IMG/VR virus record: IMGVR_UViG_3300025821_000001
DNA length: 60,097 nt
Strand: one strand, 5' to 3'
Source of the DNA: a virus
Shown in pieces: positions 51,410-59,394 of this stretch. The notes under the pieces are model-generated. The model saw only the letters and a list, made by a program, of their open reading frames with translations. It was not told the origin of the DNA and made no database searches. The position numbers were made by a program, and so were the translations under genes. Positions within the stretch are counted from its first letter, which is position 1. Each line of letters starts with the position of its first letter.

Positions 51410-53262
51410 TTTACATACCCTGTGACATAGAAGCAGATAACTTATTATCATATGTAACTAAGATACATTGCCTATCTATGAATTGGGGTGGGGAGATAAA
51501 GACTACCTTCTCTTATGATGATATGCGTAAGCTAGTAGCCCGTAAGGACATTACTCTTGTCGGACATAACTTTGTTTGCTATGATGTACCTGTACTAGAG
51601 AGGCTGTTAGGCGTAAAGGTTGAGTGCGGGGTGATTGATACCCTTGCTCTGTCTTGGTATTTGTACCCCTCTCGAAGTTCACATGGATTAGCGGGGTGGG
51701 GAGAAGAGTTTGGAGTACCAAAGCCTGAGATAGATGATTGGAAAAACCTAACTCCCCAACAATATCAACATCGTTGTGAGGAGGATGTTAAGATTCAGAC
51801 ACTACTATGGGAGAAAATGCAACAAGACCTGACAGACTTATACGACAATAACGAGGCTCTTATCTCATCCCTAATGCGTTATCTTTCCTTTAAGATGTAC
51901 ACAGTAAGGTTACAGGAACAAAACCCCTTCACGCTAGATGTAGAGACTACAGAAAAGAACCTAGCATATCTTGAGGGGCTAAAAGAAGATAAGACTGACG
52001 CTTTAAAGAGAGTAATGCCTACTGTTGGTGTTGTATCTAAGCGAGTGCCACCTAAGACCCCACACAAAAAAGACGGTGGTCTGTCAGCACAAGGGGAGAA
52101 GTGGAAGAAGCTAACAGAAGAAAGGGGATTAGTTTTTGAACACAGCGAACCTATTGAAGTAATTAATAACTACGATGAGCCAAACCCTAACTCCCCTGCT
52201 CAAATAAAAGATTGGCTATTCTCTATCGGGTGGAAGCCTGAGAACTTTAATGAGGGAGTAAACGGAAAGATACCTACCTACTACCTTGCTGACAAGTCTC
52301 TCTGTCCTTCTGTTCTTAAACTAGGGGATGATGTAAAGAGTCTTGATGACCTTGGTGTACTTAAGCATAGGATAGGGCTTCTAAAGGGGTTCTTAAGAGA
52401 TCAGCAGGGAGGGTATATCTCTTGTGGTATTCATGGGTTAGCCTCTACTCTTCGTACTCGCCATTCTAGGTTAGTTAATATGCCTAAGCCATCTGTTCCT
52501 TATGGGGAGTTGATTCGAGGGGTGTTGACTTGTGATGAAGGCTATGAGTTAGTAGACTCTGACCTTGCTTCCCTAGAGAATATGATTAAGTTAGACCTTA
52601 TCTACCCCCTTAACCCCGATAAAGTAAAGGCACAACTAACAGAAGATTTCGACAGCCATCTTGAGATATGTGTATTGGCGGGGCTTATGACTCAAGACGA
52701 TGTAGACTTTTATAAGGAGAAGAAAAAGAATAAGGATGTAGGCAGTGATAGGTTTCACGACCTAGACAAGAAAAGGCATCAAGGGAAGACAGTAAACTAC
52801 TCTGCACAATATGGCGTGGGAAAGAAGAAGCTGTCCGAGACATTAGATATACGTCAGTCAGAGGCTAAGAAATTACTTGACGCTTATTGGGTAGCTAATA
52901 AGGAAGCTAAGACTGTAGCAAGTAGATTTGAAACTAAGCAGTGTCTTGGTAAGACTTGGGTAAAGAATCCCTACAATAAGTTTTGGTATGAGTTAAGGAG
53001 TGAGAAGGATAGACTCTCTGCTGTCATACAATCTACTGGGGATTTTATTACTCATCTATGGGCTAAGAATGTAACAGATGTAAGTGGTTGCGTGTCATTA
53101 ATCTACCATGACGAATTAGCAATGATAGTAAAGAAAGGATACCGAAAGGGGATAGAGAAGATGCTGCGTGACGGAATAGAAAAAGTAAATAAACAATTAA
53201 AACTTCACATACCTATGGACATTTCCATTAACTTTGGTGAAAAGTTTAGTGAAATACACTAA
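51406..53262 (+). CDS. family A DNA polymerase with 3'-5' exonuclease (T7 gp5-like)
   Basis: Exo I IPCDIEADNL, Exo II GHNFVCYD, motif A DSDLASLE, motif B RHQGKTVNYSAQYGVG, motif C IYHDEL. Confidence 0.9.
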   Translation: MIYIPCDIEADNLLSYVTKIHCLSMNWGGEIKTTFSYDDMRKLVARKDITLVGHNFVCYDVPVLERLLGVKVECGVIDTLALSWYLYPSRSSHGLAGWGEEFGVPKPEIDDWKNLTPQQYQHRCEEDVKIQTLLWEKMQQDLTDLYDNNEALISSLMRYLSFKMYTVRLQEQNPFTLDVETTEKNLAYLEGLKEDKTDALKRVMPTVGVVSKRVPPKTPHKKDGGLSAQGEKWKKLTEERGLVFEHSEPIEVINNYDEPNPNSPAQIKDWLFSIGWKPENFNEGVNGKIPTYYLADKSLCPSVLKLGDDVKSLDDLGVLKHRIGLLKGFLRDQQGGYISCGIHGLASTLRTRHSRLVNMPKPSVPYGELIRGVLTCDEGYELVDSDLASLENMIKLDLIYPLNPDKVKAQLTEDFDSHLEICVLAGLMTQDDVDFYKEKKKNKDVGSDRFHDLDKKRHQGKTVNYSAQYGVGKKKLSETLDIRQSEAKKLLDAYWVANKEAKTVASRFETKQCLGKTWVKNPYNKFWYELRSEKDRLSAVIQSTGDFITHLWAKNVTDVSGCVSLIYHDELAMIVKKGYRKGIEKMLRDGIEKVNKQLKLHIPMDISINFGEKFSEIH

Positions 53263-53284
53263 AAACGTGAAAAACAATTAAACC

Positions 53285-53602
53285 ATGAATAAAATATCAA
53301 ACTTAATGCAAGTGGTCGAAGACCTACTAAAGAAAGATGCTAGGTGCAGAGATGAAGACAAGCTACTCACAGCTTTGCTTTGGTACGATGTAGTACAAAA
53401 GAAGGGTCTCGTATTTAACAGTATGACAGCTAAAGATTTATTAGACCTTTATATTAGTGGGGTATTACCTAACCATGATAGCATAACAAGGGCTAGGAGA
53501 AAGGTACAAGAGACCATGCCACACTTACGAGGGGATAAGTATAATCTCAGACAAGGGCATCAAGAGGAAGTTAAAAAAGATTTAGGCTATGGAAGAGAGT
53601 AA
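53285..53602 (+). CDS. hypothetical protein (105 aa)
   Basis: ORF track. Confidence 0.55.
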   Translation: MNKISNLMQVVEDLLKKDARCRDEDKLLTALLWYDVVQKKGLVFNSMTAKDLLDLYISGVLPNHDSITRARRKVQETMPHLRGDKYNLRQGHQEEVKKDLGYGRE

Positions 53603-53635
53603 CAATTACCCCAAACAAATAAACAAGAGTAAATT

Positions 53636-53989
53636 ATGCTAACAGAAATTGAATTAATAACTGACGCACTAGGAGAAAGGGTAGACCCCTCAAGCCCTCT
53701 TGACGTATGGAGTAAACTAGAGAACTGTGTATCCCTTTTAGGTAACGCTGCAAGAATAGAATCAGAAGCACAGATGAACTACGCCTCAGAGCGTAATAGA
53801 CTATTACTAGATGGTATTGTAAAGAAGAGTGACAGTACAGGACACATTGAATCTTATATGCCCTCAGTGGTAGAGCAGAAGTGTTTATGTGAGAACCTTC
53901 AACGTAACTTAAAGGAAGCTATTGAGGGATTAAGAACTATGCTGTCATACCTAAAGACAGAAGAGAATAACAGTAAAAATTATCAATGA
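53636..53989 (+). CDS. hypothetical protein (117 aa)
   Basis: ORF track. Confidence 0.55.
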   Translation: MLTEIELITDALGERVDPSSPLDVWSKLENCVSLLGNAARIESEAQMNYASERNRLLLDGIVKKSDSTGHIESYMPSVVEQKCLCENLQRNLKEAIEGLRTMLSYLKTEENNSKNYQ

Positions 53990-54423
53990 CCTTAAAATCT
54001 AAGAATAAAAAGTGTATCTCCTGCGGAAGAGAAGATCAACCCCACTTCTCTAAGAAACGTTGTAAGGCTTGCGCTCAAAAAGATTACGCAAAGAAAGCTC
54101 AACAGAAGCGGGAAGAGGGGTTCACTATATCCTCTTCTCCACCCAAGAAAAAGACTAATAAGGATACCAAGTATAAACAGATTTATTTTGATTACTTTGG
54201 TTACACGGAGGGGGACTTCATTCCTTGTGAAATATGTGGAAAGGAAGCTGTTGATATACACCACATAGATGCAAGGGGTATGGGAGGAGACCCCACAAAA
54301 TCAAAAGAAAATATAGAAAACCTCATGGCTCTTTGTAGAGAAGATCACGAAACATATGGGGATATAACAGAGTATAAGGGATTGTTAAAGTTAATCCACA
54401 AGAAAAAGTTAACTTTGCCTTAA
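53986..54423 (+). CDS. HNH endonuclease with N-terminal zinc ribbon
   Basis: CISCG...CKAC, then CEICGKEAVDIHHIDARGMGGD...NLMALCREDHE (H-N-H pattern). Confidence 0.6.
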   Translation: MTLKSKNKKCISCGREDQPHFSKKRCKACAQKDYAKKAQQKREEGFTISSSPPKKKTNKDTKYKQIYFDYFGYTEGDFIPCEICGKEAVDIHHIDARGMGGDPTKSKENIENLMALCREDHETYGDITEYKGLLKLIHKKKLTLP

Positions 54424-54445
54424 CATACCGCATTAATAGTTTGTT

Positions 54446-54453
54446 TACTATTG
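54446..54453 (+). promoter_or_regulatory. TACTATTG box
   Basis: 4 nt upstream of ATG 54458. Confidence 0.3.
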
Positions 54454-54457
54454 TATT

Positions 54458-54583
54458 ATGAAAACAAATAAAGAACAAGAATTAGAACGCTACGAGTACT
54501 TCTTTGAGAAAGAATCAGAGAGAGCTTGGAATGAATTAAGCGAGATACAGCAATTAGAATTAACTCAATACAGTACATCCTGA
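54458..54583 (+). CDS. hypothetical small protein (41 aa; below the track cutoff)
   Basis: MKTNKEQELERYEYFFEKESERAWNELSEIQQLELTQYSTS*; TACTATTG box 4 nt upstream; TGATG overlap with the next gene. Confidence 0.35.
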   Translation: MKTNKEQELERYEYFFEKESERAWNELSEIQQLELTQYSTS

Positions 54584-54786
54584 TGCAAAAAATAACACCC
54601 AACAAAGAAGCTAACAGCGGATACCCCCCTATTATGAAAGAGGTATTTACAGAAACACAAGTAGATGAAGATACTTATGAGTATAATATAGCTACCTATA
54701 ATGGTAAGAGTTGGATAAATAGAGAAGGTACTGTTATCTTCCCTGACTCTTGGGTTTATTGTGGGGGAGCTTTTGATGAATATTAA
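54583..54786 (+). CDS. hypothetical protein (67 aa)
   Basis: ORF track. Confidence 0.5.
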   Translation: MQKITPNKEANSGYPPIMKEVFTETQVDEDTYEYNIATYNGKSWINREGTVIFPDSWVYCGGAFDEY

Positions 54787-54800
54787 TAAATAAAGGGTAT

Positions 54801-55217
54801 ATGAAAACTGAAACAAATAGAGTATTGAACGATAAAATTGACGCTTGGACTGAATCCCTAACTGAGCGATTAGTTGAAATTAGGTTCTTTGATGTAGCAG
54901 AGATGAGGGCTGCTCTCAAGACACATTTTAAAATGGCTATGGTAGACAGCTTGAATATGCAAATCTCACAGACACAAATTGAATTTGATGAGATTAGGTA
55001 CGCAATGAACACCTATAAGGGATATGAGAAAGCTCAAAAGATGAAAAGGTTGGGGGAATTGAGAGTTAAATTGAAAGCAGAGAATAAATTGTATGCCGAA
55101 CTTGATAGAGATAGACAAGCTAAGGAGATGACTATATGGATGCGCGAACACCACCCTGAGTCAACCTCATCATTTTATAAGTCATACGATGAAAAGTTCC
55201 CTAGTCGTATTAGGTAG
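54801..55217 (+). CDS. hypothetical protein (138 aa)
   Basis: ORF track; helical and charged. Confidence 0.55.
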   Translation: MKTETNRVLNDKIDAWTESLTERLVEIRFFDVAEMRAALKTHFKMAMVDSLNMQISQTQIEFDEIRYAMNTYKGYEKAQKMKRLGELRVKLKAENKLYAELDRDRQAKEMTIWMREHHPESTSSFYKSYDEKFPSRIR

Positions 55218-55260
55218 CCCCGCAATAACAAAAAAGATTAAAATTTAACAACAGTAATAT

Positions 55261-56496
55261 ATGAGTAAATTAGAAGATCATAAAGACAAGGTTCTTAAAC
55301 TTCACAACGAAGGATTGAGTTCTCGAAAGATAGTAGCAACCCTACTACAAGAGATAGGGGAGAAGTTTAGTAAGAGTACGGTTAACTACGCTTTGAAGGA
55401 TTGGTTAGATAATGAAAGTAGCACTGAACAGAACGAAGAGAACTACAGCGATAACCTCATAGGTACAGATGCCTTTAAGGATTACTGTGCGCGAGAGGGG
55501 ATAGACGTTACTAAGGTAAGGAGTGCTAAATATGTGAATCATGCGGGGCAGCAGAAGTTTAATATCGTCCTTGACTACAAAGAAGAGGAGAGTGTGGACT
55601 CTATTGACTTTAAATCTGTCATTGATGATATTGTAGGTAGTACTTACACACCTAAAGGCAGTTATCACTTTGGGTGTGGGGAGTTGGTAACTAGATTAGT
55701 TTACACAGACACTCACATTGCTATGTGTACAGACATTGAGGAGACTTCTATGTACGCTACCCCTTGGGATGAGAAATCTCTTATGGAAACCCTTGAGATA
55801 ATGTGTGAGTATGTCAAGGAGAATAGAGTAGGCTCTACATTAATCATTGATGACCTTGGAGATGTACTCGATGGTTGGGATGGTTACACCACTCGCGGGG
55901 GGCATAAGCTCCCACAGAATATGTCAAACCAAAAAGCATTTAAGGTAGCCTTACATTTTAAGATGGCTATGCTTGACATACTTAATCCATACTTTGATAC
56001 TATCATCTGTCACAATGTATCAGCAGATAATCATTCTGGTTCGTTCGCTATGATACTTAATCACGCTTTCATGCGTGTAGCTGTTGAGAAGTACGACAAT
56101 GTTGAGGTTATAAACTATGAGAAGTTTATTGAGCATTACTTTGTAGGTCGTCATGCTTTTGTGTTGACTCACGGTAAAGATCACAAGAGTTTAAAGTTTG
56201 GGTTCAAGCCTAAGTTAGACTCTGTTCAGATTGAGAAGATAGAGCATTACCTTAAGCACAATCAACAAGGCAGTGTGTACAAGACTGCTGACTTTATATG
56301 GGTAGACAAAGGCGACAGCCACCAGCTTTTATTTGATTACTCCACAGCCCAAGATTTTATGTACATGAATCATATTGCACTATCTCCTGCATCAGAATGG
56401 GTAATGACAAATTATAAAAAAGGAGAAAGGGGGTTCACAATTCAACAGATAGACCCCCAAGATAAGAACATTAAACTATTACCTATTATACTCTAA
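55261..56496 (+). CDS. metallophosphoesterase (Mre11/SbcD-like) with N-terminal HTH
   Basis: Calcineurin-type motif series VYTDTH, DDLGDVLDG, SADNHSG and LTHGKDH. N-terminal LHNEGLSSRKIVATLL...STVNYALK resembles an HTH. Confidence 0.5.
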   Translation: MSKLEDHKDKVLKLHNEGLSSRKIVATLLQEIGEKFSKSTVNYALKDWLDNESSTEQNEENYSDNLIGTDAFKDYCAREGIDVTKVRSAKYVNHAGQQKFNIVLDYKEEESVDSIDFKSVIDDIVGSTYTPKGSYHFGCGELVTRLVYTDTHIAMCTDIEETSMYATPWDEKSLMETLEIMCEYVKENRVGSTLIIDDLGDVLDGWDGYTTRGGHKLPQNMSNQKAFKVALHFKMAMLDILNPYFDTIICHNVSADNHSGSFAMILNHAFMRVAVEKYDNVEVINYEKFIEHYFVGRHAFVLTHGKDHKSLKFGFKPKLDSVQIEKIEHYLKHNQQGSVYKTADFIWVDKGDSHQLLFDYSTAQDFMYMNHIALSPASEWVMTNYKKGERGFTIQQIDPQDKNIKLLPIIL

Positions 56497-56519
56497 TATT
56501 ACCTTAACGTTAAATTTAA

Positions 56520-56549
56520 AGGGGATGCTTGTTTGGTATCCCCTTTTTT
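56520..56549 (+). terminator. rho-independent terminator
   Basis: AGGGGAT-GCTTGTTTGGT-ATCCCCT followed by TTTTTT; 24 nt after stop 56496. Confidence 0.7.
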
Positions 56550-56551
56550 AG

Positions 56552-56559
56552 TACTATTG
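56552..56559 (+). promoter_or_regulatory. TACTATTG box
   Basis: 17 nt upstream of ATG 56577, directly after a terminator. Confidence 0.3.
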
Positions 56560-56576
56560 CTTTATAATTAAAAGTT

Positions 56577-56729
56577 ATGACTATAGAAGAATTTTTATTA
56601 CTGTTCTACATAGGCACTATGATGTGTGCTATGTTACACTGTTACTATCATACTAATGACAGTGGTCTTACTATTTTTGCGGGGGTGTTTGCTCCCCTTT
56701 ATATATACCTTTATATATTTAAAAGATGA
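56577..56729 (+). CDS. small membrane protein (50 aa; below the track cutoff)
   Basis: MTIEEFLLLFYIGTMMCAMLHCYYHTNDSGLTIFAGVFAPLYIYLYIFKR*; two hydrophobic segments; TACTATTG box upstream. Confidence 0.4.
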   Translation: MTIEEFLLLFYIGTMMCAMLHCYYHTNDSGLTIFAGVFAPLYIYLYIFKR

Positions 56730-56893
56730 CACACCTACAATCAGCAATATGGAATGAGGCTAAAGCCTTTATCACAAATGGAGACCCCACAAACAATAAA
56801 GAGTTTGGAGATAAACTAAGGGCAATCATAGATTTTTTAACACAAGTACAAGCACAACGTGATGAAGCGTACAGTCAAGTAAAAAAGAAATAA
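56726..56893 (+). CDS. hypothetical small protein (55 aa; below the track cutoff)
   Basis: ATGA overlap with upstream stop; MTHLQSAIWNEAKAFITNGDPTNNKEFGDKLRAIIDFLTQVQAQRDEAYSQVKKK*. Confidence 0.35.
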   Translation: MTHLQSAIWNEAKAFITNGDPTNNKEFGDKLRAIIDFLTQVQAQRDEAYSQVKKK

Positions 56894-56932
56894 TAATTTT
56901 GGATTTGAATCCAAGAAAAGTATAATAATTTA

Positions 56933-57736
56933 ATGAATAAATCAGAACAATACCTAAAGGAAAAGTTTGACTCTACAGTTTGGTCGTATTCTCGTATAGC
57001 TTCTTTTTACTCTTGTCCCTACAGTTTCTATGATACTTATATTCTAGGTAACAGAAGAAGTAACTTTCATGCTTATGTGGGAAGTGCTGTTCACTCTGTC
57101 TTAGAGGACTTCTACAGGTATCATTTGGCGGGGGGTCACAGCCTTTACAATTCAGATATACGAAAGACCCTCACAACTAAGTTTGACATAGCCATGAAGT
57201 CTAACCCCCACCACAATGAGGTGTACCCAAAGGTAAGAGAGGGAGTGTACAGAAATGTAAAGAGGGGATTAAACCTCTTTGTACCCCAGTATGACATCAT
57301 TCATGTGGAGCGTAAGATAGAGTACAAGATAGAAGGCTACAGTTTCCAAGCCTATTTGGATTACGAAAAGAGACTAAGGGTAGGGGATTATAAGAGTAAG
57401 CATGACAGAGATTACTCCACCCAACAGAATCTATATATGTACGCTAAGAAAGAAGCAGATGGTGTAGCCCCCACAGGATATGAGATAGTAGCTTACAAGG
57501 AAGGAATGGAGAATGTGTTTACCCCTTGGGATAGAGACAGTGTATATGACTCCCTTGAGTGGGCTGTACAGGGGATAAAAGATATACGACAAGCGTTAGT
57601 AGATGACAGCTTCCCTAAGACTCCTCCTATTAATGAGAAGAAGCCTGACGATAAGTTCTTTTGTGAGGCTCTTTGCAGGGGGTGTGAAGAAAGTGGGTCA
57701 AGTGAGTTTAATGAATCTAAAGAATTTGAATTATGA
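56933..57736 (+). CDS. PD-(D/E)XK exonuclease, Cas4/RecB-like
   Basis: N-terminal WSYSRIASFYSCPYSFY, core LDYEKRLRVGDYKSK, QQNLYMY, and C-terminal Cys triad FCEALCRGCEE (four-Cys Cas4 pattern). Confidence 0.6.
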   Translation: MNKSEQYLKEKFDSTVWSYSRIASFYSCPYSFYDTYILGNRRSNFHAYVGSAVHSVLEDFYRYHLAGGHSLYNSDIRKTLTTKFDIAMKSNPHHNEVYPKVREGVYRNVKRGLNLFVPQYDIIHVERKIEYKIEGYSFQAYLDYEKRLRVGDYKSKHDRDYSTQQNLYMYAKKEADGVAPTGYEIVAYKEGMENVFTPWDRDSVYDSLEWAVQGIKDIRQALVDDSFPKTPPINEKKPDDKFFCEALCRGCEESGSSEFNESKEFEL

Positions 57737-57776
57737 TAGACTTTATATTTTTTGTAGTCCTATAAAAGAAAAAGAG

Positions 57777-58034
57777 ATGAATAACAAGACAGCAGAACAA
57801 GAAGTGTATGTATTTCTAGCAAGTGTTAGTAGCATACTTGAAACAGTTACTACCTTTAAGGATAGGTTAACAAAAGATGAGAAGCATAGCGTTAATATGG
57901 CGTGTGATAACCTTAGAAGGATTGAAAGGGCTTTTGAGCGCAGTGGTCTTACCAATCACCCCTCATACGATGCAATGGTAGAAGTGTTTAACGAAACCTT
58001 CTCAGGTGTACTAGAACAAGTTAAAGGAGATTAA
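57777..58034 (+). CDS. hypothetical protein (85 aa from internal ATG), last gene of the plus arm
   Basis: ORF-track frame 57603-58034 overlaps the nuclease gene, so I prefer ATG 57777 (MNNKTAEQEV...). Confidence 0.45.
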   Translation: MNNKTAEQEVYVFLASVSSILETVTTFKDRLTKDEKHSVNMACDNLRRIERAFERSGLTNHPSYDAMVEVFNETFSGVLEQVKGD

Positions 58035-58480
58035 CCTTCTTGGGGAGAGTTAATGCAAATAAGGGTTACATCTTCATAGTTTTGTATTGCTTGTTGTACC
58101 TTAGCTGTTAACTCTTTCTCCATTGTTCCTTGTATAGTATTTGAGTTAAGTCTATTTTTAGCAACAAGGGGACACCCCTCAGTATTTTTGTGGGTGTTTC
58201 CTCCATGACACCTTACCCCTACAAACTTCTTACCGTTACCTTTAATAGTCTGTAAATCATCTTCGGTGTACAGTATAGTCATAAGACGTTTAAAGCGATT
58301 AGACATCGTTACAGACACCTTAAATTTAATGTTCTCAGGTATGGCTGTTGAGCCATTTACTTTTATACCGTGTGGGCGTACTATATCTTCTAATGTTTCA
58401 CAGAAGTATTCTCCATTAATGTACATCTTACCTAGTGTGGTAGTGTCGGTGTAGCTATCTCTTACTATTTCTATGTTCAC
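58031..58480 (-). CDS. DUF5675-like protein, putative cell-wall hydrolase (endolysin candidate)
   Basis: TTLGKMYINGEYFCETLED and RCHGGNTHKNTEGCPLV match my recollection of the DUF5675 signature (a His...Cys pair reminiscent of the YkuD fold). Last gene of the late arm. Function is inferred. Confidence 0.4.
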   Translation of the reverse strand: MNIEIVRDSYTDTTTLGKMYINGEYFCETLEDIVRPHGIKVNGSTAIPENIKFKVSVTMSNRFKRLMTILYTEDDLQTIKGNGKKFVGVRCHGGNTHKNTEGCPLVAKNRLNSNTIQGTMEKELTAKVQQAIQNYEDVTLICINSPQEG

Positions 58481-58493
58481 TATGTCCTTTTCT

Positions 58494-58787
58494 TTATTTA
58501 CGTTTACTTCCCTTTAGTCTTGACTTCTCAGCCCTTCCCCTGTTTACTTTTATACTTACAGGTTTACCCGTAGACTTCTCAATGTCCTTTCCTTTTATGC
58601 CTAACTTCCCATATATTTTTTCTGCGACTCTACGCATCCTCTTGTGAGTGGCTCTGTACTTAAGACCTTCTTCAGATTTACTACGACTCGAATCCTTAGC
58701 CCTTTGCTTCTTGCATGAGGTGGGGTTATCTCTGTAGTGCTTACCTGTCTTACTTAGTTTATTATATGGTAGTCTGTCTTGAGGCAT
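58494..58787 (-). CDS. very basic small protein (97 aa)
   Basis: ORF track; K/R-rich throughout (…RGRAEKSRLKGSKRK). Confidence 0.55.
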   Translation of the reverse strand: MPQDRLPYNKLSKTGKHYRDNPTSCKKQRAKDSSRSKSEEGLKYRATHKRMRRVAEKIYGKLGIKGKDIEKSTGKPVSIKVNRGRAEKSRLKGSKRK

Positions 58788-59062
58788 TACTTCTTTTTCT
58801 TTACTTTAGGTACGCAATTTGGTACACGCTTGCCTCCTTTAATTTTCGTGCCGACAGGTTCGTAATTTTTCCAACAGGCTTTCTTTAGCTTTTCACTTAC
58901 TTTCTTTGGCATATTTTTTAATTTAGATATCTCATCTTTGTGGTATAGTTTTACACTGGAGGCTGTATGCTTATCTCCAGACATAAGTCCTATGCTTGGG
59001 TGTTTGTGCGTTTTACCCTTGTATAGTTTGCCCCCCTTTGTATAGTGTGGTACTCCCTTCAT
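58787..59062 (-). CDS. very basic small protein (91 aa) with CW..Y...G.K.K.GK.VPNCVP motif
   Basis: ORF track; K-rich; HYTKGGKLYKGKTHKHP and ACWKNYEPVGTKIKGGKRVPNCVP motifs. Confidence 0.55.
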   Translation of the reverse strand: MKGVPHYTKGGKLYKGKTHKHPSIGLMSGDKHTASSVKLYHKDEISKLKNMPKKVSEKLKKACWKNYEPVGTKIKGGKRVPNCVPKVKKKK

Positions 59063-59074
59063 GCTTACCTCTTT

Positions 59075-59392
59075 TTAGTATTTACCTTGTCTGTTTTTAG
59101 GGGATGATTTAGTTGATCCCCCCTTACCAGCCCAAAGTTTCTTGCACGCCCAATACCGTGCTGTGAGTTTATCGTTTGCTGTGCCGCATTTATGTCTTGC
59201 CTTGAAACTTTTCCTAGCGGCATCACTATAATTATGTCCATAGCCTTTAGCACCAAAGTGGATTAGTTTTTCTTTACCCCCCTGACACGCTTTAACCATC
59301 ATCTTTTTGTTTGGTCGTGAAGATTTAGTTGGTTTGTTGCAGGTCATACCCCGCTTAACAGATGAACTAACTTTCTTCTTACCTTTAGCCAT
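59075..59392 (-). CDS. very basic small protein (105 aa) with HFGAKGYGHNYS..ARKSFKARH motif
   Basis: ORF track; K-rich. The motif IHFGAKGYGHNYSDAARKSFKARHKC...ARYWA..LW resembles a small family seen in phages and large DNA viruses (from memory). Confidence 0.55.
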   Translation of the reverse strand: MAKGKKKVSSSVKRGMTCNKPTKSSRPNKKMMVKACQGGKEKLIHFGAKGYGHNYSDAARKSFKARHKCGTANDKLTARYWACKKLWAGKGGSTKSSPKNRQGKY

Positions 59393-59394
59393 AG

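Noticed and set aside
59065-59256. An alternative 63-aa minus-strand ORF overlaps the 105-aa basic protein gene.
   Set aside because: It is fully nested in another frame of 59075-59392, which has the conserved-looking motif and a proper position after the upstream stop.
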